From positions 29,459,411 to 29,523,410 of the forward strand of contig CP154954.1 of assembly GCA_039621445.1 (NCBI GenBank): 64,000 bases of DNA, in the 5' to 3' direction. The translations under genes were made by a program, and so were the position numbers. Each line of letters opens with the position of its first letter. Positions within the stretch are counted from its first letter, which is position 1. The DNA comes from Euglena gracilis (lineage: Eukaryota). Of the stretch, positions 13,211-27,600 are shown piece by piece. The notes beneath the pieces are model-generated. The model was given only the letters and a program-made list of their open reading frames with translations. It searched no databases and was not told the origin of the DNA.

Positions 13211-13592
13211 TTGAAACTGTGCATTTGGGGCTCTTGACTTATGCCCAAGCCGGTGTACAGGACACACGGGATTGTCGATTTTTTTTGGCTGCAGGCTTTT
13301 CTAAATGTACCCCGGACAGCTCTCTGCCATTTGCACCAACGCGATCAAATTCTGGCTGGTTCAGAGGCTACCGCCGCCCCTTGAGAAGGTCCAGTAGCAC
13401 TCATAGCATTCTTTGGGGACAAGTTTGTCACTAGTTGCCCTAGTATTGTTCAAGCGAAAAAAAAGCAAACAGGTTGCACTGTTAGCTGCGAGGGATTTTC
13501 AAAAGGTTTGTGAACTGCGTGGGGCAACTTTGACACGTTGGACGACTGGCTATTGGCATTTGCTCTTTGGACAATGAAGATCCCATGCAGAC

Positions 13593-13939
13593 TTTCATTT
13601 AATTCGCCGCAACGAAGTTTGCCGCGGCGCAAAAAAAAATTATCCCATGGCGCACGCGGCACACAATCGAATTTTTGCCGCGGCACACCCGCGGCGCACC
13701 TGAAACGTTGCCGCGGCGCACCAACAATGCACCCGCGGCGCACCAATGACGTTCCCGCGGCACATGCTTTTTTGTCGCGGCACGGACAGGGGATAACGAG
13801 GACCGCTATGCCGCGGCGCTGCCGCGGTGCACGCGGCGTACAGAAAGCAATCTTCCACGGCACACGCGGTCACAAAATTTCCGGTGCCGCGGCGTACGTG
13901 GTGCAGAAAAAAAACTTTTCCGCGGCGCACTAAATGAAA
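13593..13939. mobile_element. MITE rich in CCGCGGCGCA motifs
   Basis: Imperfect TIR TTTCATTTAATTCGCCGC / GCGGCGCACTAAATGAAA. Confidence 0.55.
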
Positions 13940-16257
13940 ATCTGATCCCATGCCTTTTGATCACGGTGATCCGAAATTTGGATGGCAGCCGCCGTCCAAA
14001 GGAAGGAAATTTGCACCAGTGCCAAAATCCAGGATCGCCCCTGGCTCCCCTCAACGTTGACAACAAATCTCAACGCTTTGGCCGCTCTATTTAGGCACAC
14101 TGTTTGGAATTTGTTCATATTGTTTGGAATTGAGTCCAGGCCACTGAACTCGATGCGCACACCGGTTCGGGCGTGAGTCCAGAGCCCATATACATGGTTC
14201 CAAAGCATTTTGAGATTTCTGTTGTCAACTGAGGTTAAACAGTATCAAATCAGTTGTCTGATAATTCCCCCCCCCCCGACGTGTTCGGCCAAAATCAGGA
14301 AATGGTGACCTGTCTGATTCACCCCCCAAAACGCTTTTTTTCGCCGCTCCAGCCCTTTTTGAGGCTTCTTTTGGCACCAAGTGCTCAAAATCCAGGGGAA
14401 ACGGGGCAGACCCAAGTGAACATTTGAACACTGGGGTTGTGAATTTCAAATTGGGCAGGGAAAAAACAACCCCTTGGAGGAGAAATTACAACCTCTGAGG
14501 AAAAAAAATGTCCTTTTTTTGCACCCTGGACCCAAATTTTGTTGATAGTCTTTGTTTTCGGCTTCTAGGTGCGACCAAGGTGACCCGAAATGAAAACCGG
14601 ACAAAAGTTGTCCCCCTGGTTTTCGGCTGCTTGGGGGGGGGGGTTATCAGTCAGTTTATGGTATGCAGTCACACCTCTTAGGCTGACTGCACCATTGGCC
14701 CCAAAGATGGCATACACCATTTTTTCTATTTTTTTTGCATTCTGTTTACTCATCTTTTTATCCTTGCGGTCCATTTGCGGTCAAAAATAATGGTCCAAGT
14801 GGACAAGAACAATTGGAAAAAAAACAGGCAGGAACAATGGAAATGGGTAGAAATGGATAGGGCAATGATGACACCCAATGGACACAAACGATGGCCTCAG
14901 AAAGACACAGTTAATGACCACAGCGCGACACAAAAAATGGAGAAATATTTGTGGTGCAAACACATTCATTTCGTGAGTTGCAGGATGAATCCCCCCCTGG
15001 TTCCTGAAACACAGCTCGGGCCTGTTTCTGAACCAAAAAAATGGTGTGAAATGCCAAAGAATTGAAAAGGAGGTCACCTGACAATTTTGGATGCAAAATC
15101 CTAACCAAGGTGGAGTTGTTTTTCTCGCCATTTTTCAGGGTACCAGCCAGGTCTAAATGCCAGCTGGCCAAACCCTTGGCCCTGGATTGGTGATAGCTGG
15201 ATCTGGGGGGGCTGGGCCAGGATCAGGCCAGAACGGAAGACCTGGTGGGGGGGGTCGACCCCCCCCCACCCGGGAGGTGGGGGGTGGGGGGGGTCGACCC
15301 CCCCACCACAGCATTTTCACCAATTTTGGCCAACGGGGATGTTGGCCGGGGGAAATTTTTGAAACTTTTTTTTGAAAAACGAACCCAAAATACATGATTT
15401 TTTGAAGCCTGTTCAATCAGCATTTTGTTGCCTGAAAAGGGGCGAGATGGCGACAAGTTTTTTTTCTTCTTCAAAAATGGCGCGCCGCTGAAACTTCAAA
15501 TCCAACCCCATTCCTCACAAAATAATAATGGTTGTTTTGGAGCAGTTTTTTTTTTGCTGCCCAAAAGCGACAAAAAAGCCTGACCACCCTTGCCACCCAT
15601 ACTTTTTTTGTCCTCTTGAATTTATTATTCATGCCAAAATGGAGCCATGGGGACTTGGTCATCTAGTTGGGCACCCTCCCCCCTCCTCCCTATGCAATTC
15701 TTGGGCACCTTTTGGCCAAATATTTGCCAAAAATGCCAAAAAAAATTCGGCGCAAAGCGCCGGAAGGAAAATTTTGATCCTTTTGGGGGTCTCGGGTACC
15801 CCCCCCTCCCCCGGGGTCGGTCCAGACCCCTAAGCAGATGGGGGAAATCTGGACCGCCCCTTTGGTCCAGGAGAGCACCCCGATGGGACCCCGAAGGGCA
15901 ATCCTGGGCTGCAGGCTACTCAAGCACCTAAATCCCTCCCGGTGCATTTATTTGGGCACAAGCGGAAATTGGTTCAGTGTAACGTGGCTCTTCTGGGGGG
16001 TGCGCGCTTTTTTTTTTGGACTTCACTTTCGGATGCTCAGGGGTGTGGCATATTATATGGACACTGTGCACCCTTGGACACTGCGAATTTAAATGGGGGG
16101 ATTTCCATTATTGGAAATTTCAGGGTGCCTGTGCGGCGGACCGGTCTGCTGACAGCTTCCCGGGGAGGGGAGGGGAGGGGAGGGGCAGCACGCCATAAAT
16201 TAACCCTCGCCCCCGCCCAGCCCAGCCCCAGGGTATCAAGTGAGCGTTGGTTTTGTA

Positions 16258-16764
16258 CAGGGGGAAAGGAGGGGAAACGTCTAACCACCCTCCCCCCCCT
16301 AGGGGGGGGGTCCAGACCACCCCCCCCCCAGTGTCTGGAAAAACTAAAAAAACGTCACTTTTGATGACCAAAAAAATGACCTTAAAACTTTTTCCTCAAA
16401 AAATGGCCATTTCGCAAGGAAAAAGGTCAATTTTTGCTTTTTAAAAAAAGAAAACATGTTTTTTGTGTTTTTTTTTGGAACATTTGTTCTTTGTTGAAAA
16501 ACAAAAAAACGTCAACCCTGGCTCAATTCCACATGGTGTGCCAAGGGGGAGTGATTGAAGCTGCTTCCTGCCTTTCTGCTAAGTGTTTAAAGTGAAAACA
16601 CTGGCTACCATTCTTTTTACAAGAGACAAAAATTTCGCAAAATGCATCTGAATTTCGCAAAATGCATCATTGCCAGCCTCAATTGGACGAAAAATGTCGC
16701 AACTGTCTCGGGGGTAGGCAGTGCAGTTGTGATTTTCTGGGGACCCCCCCCCTCCCCCCCCCTG
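16258..16764. mobile_element. MITE with CAGGGGG/CCCCCTG ends flanked by TA
   Basis: TGTA|CAGGGGG ... CCCCCTG|TACA. Confidence 0.5.
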
Positions 16765-16920
16765 TACAGCTTCCAACCCCCCCCTCGGACCCCCCCTCCC
16801 CCCCCCTGTGCCTTGTCTCCTTTACCAACACCCGTGCCCTCCTTATGTTGAACCCTGCCAGAGATGCTATGATTTGAGGTGAAAAAAAATGCTGAATCCA
16901 AAAGCAGGGAGGAAACAAAC

Positions 16921-16984
16921 TTTTTCTTCGCTTCAAATCAGGTTCGCTGACGGAAGACGATGCGGCATCCACGCCTTCATCCAT
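16921..16984 (-). CDS. PPWD1: PPWD1 exon 1 (start codon)
   Basis: ATG..MDEGVDAASSSVSEPDLKRRK A|gtttgt; phase 1 joins exon 2 to give KRRKKLDADRLHLDGLP, matching KKRKVLEFERVYLDNLP. Confidence 0.85.
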
Positions 16985-17005
16985 AGTTGATGCTGAAAAG
17001 AAGAT
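16985..17005 (-). promoter_or_regulatory. Putative spliced-leader trans-splice acceptor of PPWD1
   Basis: Minus strand atcttcttttcag|catcaactATG: pyrimidine tract plus AG 8 nt before ATG. Confidence 0.55.
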
Positions 17006-17900
17006 GTGTATGTTGCGGGATTGATCAACAAACACTCAAAACGAGGACCAAGCGATCAACTGCAATTGACTGGGGTCTTGGTTTGATTTACGGTGCTTCC
17101 ACTTAATTAAGAATTAGAGCCAATGTGGGAATCACCGTTTCAAAAAAAAATTGACAAATCGTGGTTGGCTTTTGTTTTTTTAATTTATTTTTAAAACCAA
17201 AAAATGCCTAATCCTTAAATAGGACTAAGAACCACAATCGGCAACTTTTTGGATGGTGCTTTTTGTTGTTGTATTTTTTTCTGTTTCATCATCATCATCA
17301 TCATCATCATCATGACCCTGGCCCCGTTCCCTGCTTTTTTTTTCTTCAGGATTGACCCCCCCCCGAGAATTTGGGCTTGCTTCTTGTGAAGGCAAAACAG
17401 CGCAAAGCACATTGGATGCACCGGGACTCAAGCCCGAGTTTTCCGACGCAGCGGCCAGCACACATTCTTTGCCTTCATGCCAACAGCAGGACCCGAAAGT
17501 TGCCTCAGGTCTCGCTGAAGTCGTTAGAAATCATCAACAAAACTGGGTCTTCAGCATGAGTGACGGACATTGTATCAACCACCACAAGAATCGCCAGCTG
17601 AAGGCCAGCCCTTTGGCCGAAACCAACCAGCTTTTTGAATAGTTGAATAACTCTTTGCAATGAGACACCTCTACGACCCCCACCCCTCCAAAATACTCAC
17701 GGCCATCCCCCCCAGGACCCTGTCTTGGGAGGGTCCTGGGCCAGGGTTAGGGCAGAACGGGAAGGCCTGGTGGGTCGACCCCCCCAGCTGGGAGGGGGGG
17801 GGGGCCACCCACCACAGCATTTTCACCAATTTTGGCCAACGGGGATGTTGGCCGGGGAAAATTTTTGAAACTTTTTTTTGAAAAACGAACCAAAAATACA

Positions 17901-18075
17901 GGACTGAAAACACACATCCACCGGATCGAAAACACACATCCACCGGAATGAGAACGTACATCCATCAGTCTGGAAACACACATCCACCGGACTGAAAACA
18001 CACATCCACCGGACTGAAAATGCACATCCACCGGATTGAAAGCACATGTCCACCGAACTGAAAATGCACATCCAC
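17901..18075. repeat. Minisatellite, about 26-bp unit (CTGAAAACACACATCCACCGGA core)
   Basis: About 7 degenerate tandem copies. Confidence 0.85.
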
Positions 18076-18152
18076 CAGTGATTTTTTGATGGAAAACTAC
18101 ATTTTTTCACAAAAAAAAATCTCAGGGGGTGTTCCCCCCGCGTCCCCCCCGC

Positions 18153-18190
<38 letters not shown>

Positions 18191-21100
18191 CGTCCCGGAT
18201 TTTGGCCGGGCACGTTTTTTGGTCGACCAAAGGAAAATTACATACAAATTTAGGTGACGCCAAAGACAACGTGTGGGGGTGGTTGGGCCACGGTTCCCCC
18301 CCGCGTCCCCCCCGCGTCCCCCCCCCGCGTCCCCCCCCCCCCGCGTCCCGAACCACCCCATAAAAAATTTTTAGGTTAAAAATTTGTAGTTTTTAGGAGG
18401 GGTAAAAAAAAAACGAAGCTCAAAAAATGGACAAAATTTTGGCACAGTCCAATTTTACTGAGACTTTTTCTCTTGGATTTTTTTTATTTCAAATGGCTTT
18501 TTTGCATCAAAAACCGCTCAAAATCAAAATTTTGAGAAAATGTTGATATTTTGGAAGCAAGGCAGAACGGGAAACGGCCTCGGGGCAAGGTGGTGGGTGG
18601 GGGGGGTCGACCACCCCCCCCCACCACCTCTTCCCGTTGTTCTGGTGGCACCAATTTTTGGACCCCAAAATTTTTTCCCAGCACCTTAGGCGCCAGGTGT
18701 TTTTTTGACCCATTTTGGGACCCATACATGAGGTCCCCCCAAAACCCCCCCCAAACCCCCATTTTTTCAGGGTCCTAGGGGTCCTAGGGCGGTGGGGTCC
18801 TGGGGGTCTTGGGGGGGGCCTGGGTTGCCCTGGATCCTCTCCCCCAACCCCCCCCCCTCAGGCTTGTGGGGCGGCAATTTTTGCCATATGTGTCCCTCAA
18901 CCCCCCCCTTGCACCCTCACTTCCCATTTTGTAAGGAAACTATTTTGACTTTTTCGCCTTAGAAATGGCCGGGCTGGCGGGGCTGGTGATGTGTGGGGGT
19001 GAAACCGAACAAAATGGTTTTCCTAGTCTCAGCATTTTCGGAATTGCAAAATTCGATTTGAAAATTGGGGTCACTTGTGGAGTCCAAAAAAACGTCCGAA
19101 CTCGAAAAGTCCGTGTGACTGGCTGGGGGGGGGTCTGGGGGGCGGGGAGGTGGGTCCGCGGAGTCCGGGGTGGGGGGGTGGTACGGGGGGGGTCGCTGAG
19201 CTCTTATCCCTTTATGGGTAAGAGCGAAGCTTACCACTGCGGGAAACCCCCCCCCGAACCCCCCCCCCCGCCCTCCCCCCCCCCGGGTCGGGGCCACCTC
19301 GGGAACCGATGGATTATCACCATGATCCCGGCCCCGTTCCCGGATTTTTTTTTTTTTCAGTCGCAAGCGACTGATATACATTGATGATTGATGACAATTC
19401 TAGAATGCTTATTTCGGTGGTGGGAAGCACTCCATTGGGAAGGAGTGTAAACACCAGGTATATTTTTTCTCATCAGCCCCACTTCGGTGCTTGGGCATCG
19501 TGATTATCGAAGTCAGAAAAGAATTCAATTCAAACAAGCATGTTACTAGGTGCCTTCGGGGGGGGGGGGGAGCAAGCAAAAAGACCTGGTAGTATGTATC
19601 AAACAAAGAATCAGTTGCACATTGAAGGAAAAAAAATCAAAATAAATTGGTGGGAAAGCTCCAATTTCAGTCTTTAGACGATTGAAGCGATTGAAGCGTG
19701 CAGGGAGTGCTTGCAGGGAGCTCCGTGGCTAGCTGTGCCCTGCCTAACTTCGCTGACTGTGCTGTGAAGACAAGCCGCGGCCACCCAGCCCATATAGAGG
19801 TGCGCCGCCCCTGCCTCCCCAGCCAGGGGATGCTGAAGGCCCCAAGGGCACCCCCGGCGGGGGGCACCCCCAGGAGGCAAGCTGGCCGGAGGGGGCAAGG
19901 GCAAGGGCAAGGCACCCGAAGCGACTGGGGCGAGTGGGGATGAAGTGGTCGGGCCGTGGGCGGGCTTGAAAGGGAACGGGGATGGGCGGGCGCATTTCCG
20001 CAAGTGTCGTTCACACAAAATGTGCCCCTGGAGACCCGCTATCGCCCCCCCATATGGCTCAGTTTTGCGGCCCAAAACGGCCATTTTGGGGTGTTTTGGG
20101 GCTGTTTTTTTTTTCGGTCAAAAATCGATTTTTTCAAAATATCTCGACAATGAAGCAAAATCAAAGGAGGACCAAAAATCACCACCAACCATGCTTGACT
20201 TTTTCCCCGACTCTTCGTGGAGCCCGAGTTACGGCCATTTTTTCAGCCAACGGTCGTCCAGCTAATGAGAATTTTGCACCAGAAACACACCGACGCGGGC
20301 ACAGGTGGGACCAGTTCCCTCTCTGCCGGGAGGGAAAGGGGGGGTCGGGGGGCCAACGGCAGGCCCCCTACTAGGAGCAGCGCTGCTGGCGCACCATCAC
20401 GGGAGATAGGTATGCGGAGGGCCTGAAGCAGGGGGTATTGTTGAAGGCTCCTGAAAAAAAAAATTTCAACTTACGCCTGAAAAAAGTACCCCCTAATCCT
20501 GGGTTAGGGGGACGGGTGGAGAGGCAGAGGGAAAGGGAAACATGTGAGGGCCACATTTTCTCAACTTGCCGAAGCAGCCGAAGCAGCACTGGGTCCATTT
20601 CATTGTGCGAGATGTGCGCATGGAATTAACAACGCTCCGAGTTGTAAGCATCATCCGTGTTTGACAATCGCCCATATATCACCCGTGGCACTGCCCTCTC
20701 TTGGTTTATTTTGTCCATGCCCCCCCTTCAAAATCCGCCACCTGTGAACCGGGCCCCCAGGTTGGCCGCCCAGGCACCCCTCCCATCGTGGCCCGGGCCG
20801 GGCGCCATTGGGAGGTCAGCCAACAAGGGTTCTCTTCCCTGTCTTCAAGTCAGACGGTGGTGTGCGGACCACCCGAGGCCCCTAACCCCTGCCCCAATTG
20901 GCCAACTGGGCTCTGGCCAATTTGGGGGGTGGGGCAAATAGGGGGAGGGGGTCGCTGAGCTCTTATCTCTGTTGAGCAAGAGCGAAGCTTACCACCGGGG
21001 AAAAGGTGGGTCGAACTCCCCGCCAGGACATCCAAAGGTCCAAAAAAAATGGGGTCCACAACTGTGCATTCGGACGGAAGGCAAACGTTGGTATGGGCAC

Positions 21101-22396
21101 CACCCAATGCAAGGACCCGTGGGAGGCCGCTCCCGCCAGGGTTTGACGTTGGACCAGGTGGGGCAGGTGGTCCTCATCCTGGCTTGTCTGGGAACGGTGG
21201 GTGAGGTTTTCAGAGATTTGGCATGCATCAGGTTAGGGAGTTGGGATTTATTGTTTTTGCTGCTCGGGCAAGGGCGTTTGGTGTGAGGTTGCATTGCGAA
21301 CCTCGCTTCAACTCAGCGAAGGTTCCTGCACGAGGCTTTCGAAAGGCTGACGCAGGAAGCCACACACATATGGGTCCCACATCCCGAGGTCAATCGTCGA
21401 CCTGGTGATGGACAAAGGTGCAAGATGCCAGAATTTCTTGGAGTGTTGTTTTCAAATTATTCAATTTTTTGTCAAATGGAAATAATAAGAATTGTGGCCT
21501 TTCCTCAGATGATCTCAGTGGCAAAACACACCAGAACCTTCACCACAGATTCGCTGACCTTCAATGACCTCCGGTGCACTTTTCTCCAGATCATACTTGT
21601 ACTCATTTTCTTTAGAAAACCATCCCACCCACTAACCCACCCAAACCACAAAAAATCAGCCAGAAAAACTCCTGAAAGGTCTTGTCCTGGCCTTTGGCCT
21701 TCCCGTTTTTCCAGGAGAGAAAATTTCAGGTCAATTTTTTCCTTTGGTGCCAATCATTCCTTGTCAGTCCAATATCTCAACCCACGTTCTTTTGTCATAA
21801 TCCCATATAAACCAAACCAACGACAAGAAAAGAGGATTAGATCTGCATACCCTCCCAAAGTCCTGGGCATTAAAACGTTGGGGACATGAAACCCTATCCC
21901 ACTGGTATGAACAGGCCTCCCACCATCTTAGCGTTATGCCCAAGGATAGTAGTATGGGCTGCAAATTGTAATTCTCAAACACACATGCCCCCCCCTTGAT
22001 CGCATCCCCCATATTTGAGCCTCGAGATCTGGATTTTCAAATGCTGAAGTTTTTGGTGGGCTTTGGGGGGACCCCCCTAATTGACCCCCCATGATTGCAT
22101 GATTGGCCCTCGTCTTGGTCGGAGGGCCAATCGGGGGGTAATCATTGGCATGACACATGTTAACTCAATACAGATGATTATTTTTTATTGGGTTTATTCT
22201 TTGTCCGCTTTCCATTTCTCAGAATTGAAGGTTCAAAAACAAACTTCTGCAGAAAAAATGTTGCAATAATGCACCATTGCCCAAGCAAGGCAGCTGCAGT
22301 CAACAGAGTATAAATGATGGAGGGCACTGAAAGCGTTTCGAAGCTTCCATATGCCACTCCATTTTGTCCCAAGGTCATCAGGACTGGAGGGGGGGG

Positions 22397-22793
22397 CAGG
22401 GTTCGATATAAGGACAGGTGGGGGGGGGGGTCCGGACCCCCACCCCTGCGGGCAAGGAGGGGGGGGGGGGGGGGAGGGACACCCCCCACCTAAACAGTGG
22501 CGCGGTCCGGGTGACCGAAAAAAATTGACCCCCCAAAACGACCAAAAGTGCCATTTTGGGCACTCTTGGGGCAAAAATTTGCAAAAAAATGCAAAAAATT
22601 TTCGGCGCAAAGCGCCGGAGGAAAAAATTGACCCTTTTTGGGGGGTCCCGGGTACCCCCCCCCAGGGTCGGTCCGGACCCCCCTGGCAGGTGGGGGGGGG
22701 GGGGGACCGGACCCCCCTGCGGGCCAGGAGGGGGGGGGGGTGGGGGGACACCCCCCACCTAAACCATGTACGCCCTCCTTATATCAAACCCTG
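22397..22793. mobile_element. CAGGG-type MITE
   Basis: TIR CAGGGTTCGATATAAGG / CCTTATATCAAACCCTG in a G run; same right end near 10640-10656 and 16840-16857. Confidence 0.75.
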
Positions 22794-23674
22794 GGGGGGG
22801 GGGACAGAGCTGCATGGGAAGGCCAGGTGGACCAAAGGCAGGAAAAAACCCACCTTTAATGGTAATTTGCAAGCAGAATTTGGCGCAAAGACACCTCCGC
22901 ACATGTGCACTACTTTGCAAAAAAAAAATTTGGTTCTATCAGCACCAGCGGCCAACCATTTCATCAATATGTTTATTTCGCTATTTGTTGGGTTGATCCT
23001 TTGACTTGGTTTTTTGATGCAGTCACTGTTGTCCATTTTGGATTGCCTGGCTTCCAGGTGACCAGGCCAAAAGAAACCAAGACCAGCGCCCCCTTTCAGA
23101 AGCGCCATCAATGTCAATGCACACATTCAAAATCCTTTCCGACTTCCTACCAAGCCCTGGGGACCAGCCATTGGATTTTTGTGAAGTGCAAAAAAAAAAA
23201 TGGAATGCCTCAACAACGAGATAAACGGTGGCAACGCAGTGGGGGAGTGTGGTCATCTGTGCCATTCTGAAATCAAGAAAAAAACTGTCTGGGGTCGAGT
23301 TCCTTCAATGCAGGCTGTTTCTCTCTCACCAGAGGAACGGCATCTGCTCCAAAAGAATGAACAATGAACAAGCTCCAAGGAAATGAACCAAAAACAAAAA
23401 GCAGGCTGACATTCCATTTACAAAAAAAATAATATATATGGCAGCAAGATTTTACTTCCCCCCCCGGGGGCCAAGTAAAATCTCCGGGAGGGTGTCAATG
23501 AAAAACTTTGGGTTAATGATGGAATAGGGTAAGGGTTTGGCGTTCGGCCTAACTTGGCCTGACTTATGGACGGGTGTCAGGTGTACAAGTTAGGCCGAAC
23601 TCCAAACCTTAACCCCCACTTCTCAATAACGCAAAGAAATTTTGGACCCCTTTGGGGATATACATGCACGTATG

Positions 23675-23705
<31 letters not shown>

Positions 23706-23747
23706 GGCAGGTGGGAACTATAAGACCCCCGGGGGGGGTCCTAAACT

Positions 23748-24640
23748 ATATCTATATCTATATCTATATCTATATCTATATCTATATCTATATCTATATC
23801 TATATCTATATCTATATCTATATCTATATCTATATCTATATCTATATCTATATCTATATCTATATCTATATCTATATCTATCTATATCTATATCTATATC
23901 TATATCTATATCTATATCTGTGTCTATATCTATATCTATATCTATATCTATATCTATAAAAATATCTATATATATATATATATGTCTGCATCTATTATGT
24001 CTGCATATCATATGTGTGTGTGTGTGTATATATATGGCAGGTGGGAACTCTAAGACCCCCCCGGGGGGGGTCCTAAAGTTCACCCCACAATGGACACCCC
24101 TTTTATTTAAAGGAGTAGGGTTAGGTGCGCACATGCTAATTTGCGCTAATTGGCTATGTTGCGCTAATTGGCTATGTTGCGCAACATAGCCAATTAGCGC
24201 AACATAGCCAATTAGCGCAAATTAGCATGTGCGCGCCTAACCCTATACCTTCAATAATGGGGGTGTCCAGATATAGATATGGATATAGATATAGATATGG
24301 ATATAGATATAGATATAGATATAGATATAGATATGCATATAGATATAGATATACATATACATATACATATAGATATAGATATAGATATAGATATAGCTAT
24401 AGATATAGATATAGATATAGATATAGATATAGATATAGATATAGATATAGATATAGATATAGATATAGATATAGATATTGATATAGATATAGATATAGAT
24501 ATAGATATAGATATAGATATGGATATGGATATAGATATAGATAGATAGAGATATAGATAGAGATATAGATAGAGATATAGATATAGATATAGATATCAAT
24601 GTAGACATAGATACAAAAAGATATAGAAATAGATATAGAA
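23748..24640. repeat. (ATATCT)n at about 23748-23957 and complementary (ATATAG)n at about 24268-24640 around a palindromic element
   Basis: Hexanucleotide runs in opposite orientation. Confidence 0.95.
24116..24245. repeat. 130-bp loopless palindrome with TAGGGTTAGG ends
   Basis: 65-bp arms centred at 24180/24181 with one mismatch. Confidence 0.9.
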
Positions 24641-27600
24641 ACCCGAGGGGGGTTGTTATTTGGGGGGGATTCTAATTGGGGGGTTAATACACCTCCACAG
24701 AGGAAAGGGAAAAGGCAACGTGATAGACCCCACGCCAGCTGTGGGCGAAAACCCTAAGGAGCAAGCACACGCGGGGGCTTCCTCATGCTGCACACGCGAA
24801 CAACCTTAGGCACCGCCCACCACAAGGCACACGCCATCGCACAAGGTGCGGTGAGAGGCAGAGACAGCAGCATGCCCGAGCAACATTGTTCAGAAGGACA
24901 CCCTGGGGGGGCTGCCATCTACAAAAGAAAGGTGCTGATTGCAGGATTACATTTCATTGCAAGGTGATGATTGCTGATTGTGTTTCTTAAGTACCCCCCA
25001 GCCGGCCAGCTGGAAAAAAAGGAGCTAGCTGGACCCTCCCCCCAAGGGTGGGTCCAGGGAGGTTCCTGCTGGCTGCCAGGCTGGACCCCGCTGGCACCCA
25101 AAAACAGGTGTAAAAAAATCCCAAATCCAGCTGGGTTGGCATTTGTTTCAGCCATTGAGGTGAAAATCCAATACCAAAAACAGCCATTTTTTGGCCGTTT
25201 GTTGACCCCCCCCCCTTTTCAAAAAAGATTGGTCCAGCCCGGCTTTGCCGGGCTGTGAGATCTCCATAACCACTCCCCCCCTGTTGTCCCAACAACCTGC
25301 TCCCAGAAGGCAATTTGAATGTGCAAAGGAATTCCATTGGCCCGGTCAAAAATCCTCTGTTGGCCGGGGCCCAGGAACAAAGAGGGGGGCAATAGGGGGG
25401 GGGTACCACTCGACCCCCAGGGGGGGTCCACACACACATGCGCGCGCACGCGCGCACGCACGCACGTATACACAAGGGGGGGTGCTGGCTGGAAAAAAAA
25501 GGTGCTGGTTGGCTGCACCCCCCCCGGACAGGGTGGGATCCGGCTGAAGAAATTCCCTGGCCGGCTGGACCCAGTTGGGTCCAGCCAGCCCTTGACGAAA
25601 TGGTTGGTCCGGGCTGGGGGGATTTTCAAAAAATCAAATCAAAAACCAAAAAAAAAACTCATATTATAAATGATTGCCACATTTTCATTGGTTCAATTAA
25701 GCCGAAATCAAAGGCACACATTTCTGTTCCAATAGCTTTTTTTGTTATTTTTTTTTGAAAATAATAGCAAAGGTACAAAAAAAACGAGAAGGCAACTATT
25801 TTGCCATACTTTCACAATAATTTTTACCTTGCTGTTGCATGTCAATTAGGAATTATTTTCGTTCATTTTTTGAAAAGAAGCCCAAAGAAAGAAATGAAAA
25901 ATCTATTTTTATTCAGAATGATTTGAATATGTCAATCCAAAAAAAAAGCAAAGTACAAACAAAGTACTGGAGAAAGAGAGCTTCTTGGGGTTATTTTGGA
26001 TTTTAGATTTTCAAGGAATAGGTTATCTCGACAATGCACAGTGCTTTTGCAGGCTGGTGAATTTGAAGTCAACGGTCTGAAGCCCATCAGCTGCATTTGC
26101 AGCTCCAAGGGCTTGAAGCATGCGGGACCTTGCTTGTGTCCGTGCATCCTCTTGGGCCTGTGTGTTCGCAAGAGTTGGAATCAAGCAACCCAGATTGGAA
26201 AAGGCTGGACTACAACGGGGACTGAACAAAGCATGCTGAAAATGCAATTAAAATTGTATCACAAAGACAAAACATGTTTGCATCGATGCACGCGAAAATG
26301 GGGGAAATCAAAAATGCAGGTAAGATGAGCAAATTTGGGGGGAAGAGACAAAATTTCGAGGTTCTCTTGTCTCTGTGACATGAAACCCCTTCTTCCTCTT
26401 GACTCAGATTCGGAGGCGCGGCATGTCTGACGAGGACGCTCGGCCACCGGGGGGGAGGGGGGTGCCCATTTTGCCGTGCCGTGGTGGGGGTTGGACCCGG
26501 GTGGGGGGGTGCCGAACCTCCTTCAGGGTCGAAGATTTCCCTGGTCGGGGGGGCATCATTGGGGGAAAAAATTATTGGTGACACAGGGGAGAACATGTCA
26601 ACCTTGAAAACCCTCAAAAATTGAAAATATCATAGTTATGGTCAAGTCTCAGACGGGTTTGAGGCTTTCAAAACAAACAAACAAACAAACAAAAGACTGA
26701 CCCAAAATCCCTTCGTTGTTCTCCATGAAAACTTGGCTCGTTCATTGGCCCTTAGTTTCCCTGCTCGTTCAAACAAGTTCGTTGGACATGACTCTTATGA
26801 GAAAGAGAACAACCGTGGAGCCTCAATCAACCACTCCACATGACGAGGCAAGCGCCCGGGCATGGGCAAGACGAGCCCCAACACCATGGCCGGAAACCAC
26901 AGTGAGAAAGCCCAAGGAAGGACCAGCAGCAACGACAGCTGGACGGGCCGCCGGCCAAACTGGGACTGCGCACACCAGTGCCGGAGCTGGGCCCCGCAGG
27001 GCGCCAGCAGCTGCTGGATTGCCGGCGCGGTACGGGCTTGGATGGGGTGGAGGAAGCCGTCGACCACGCTTTGCCTCCACAGGGCCAGGCCCTGCAAAGC
27101 GGTTGGAATGGGTGCAGGTTTTGGAGCAAGGTCGGTGGGCACAAGCGGCAGGTCAACAGCAATCAATTGTGTTTTAATGCGCAGTTTGTCGAGCCCCAAA
27201 AACTATCATAGGTGCAGTGGACATGAACTTCCGACCGCTGTGGTGCCAATGGACAAACAATTTGAAACCAATACTTTTGAGGGGGGTGGTAAAATGCTCC
27301 TTTTGTTGTCTTATACCCAGAGCCATCTTATTCTTTGTGATGAAAATTCAAAAGTTCAGGGAAAATGGTCCATGCTGGCGGCAAAATGGGACAGAGATGC
27401 TAACTCTTTGGGCTGCACCAAAAGAAAAGGAGTTGAAACAAAATTAAGTTTCAAATATTTTTCTTTTAAAAACGAAATGCAGATAATGAAATGATTTTAG
27501 ATCTTAGAATCCCCCAAGTAAATGTTTATTGGGCAACAATTACAGGACAAAAATTACGGAAAAATTGTGTGGTTTTCCATAATTTTTGTTTCCAGTAATT

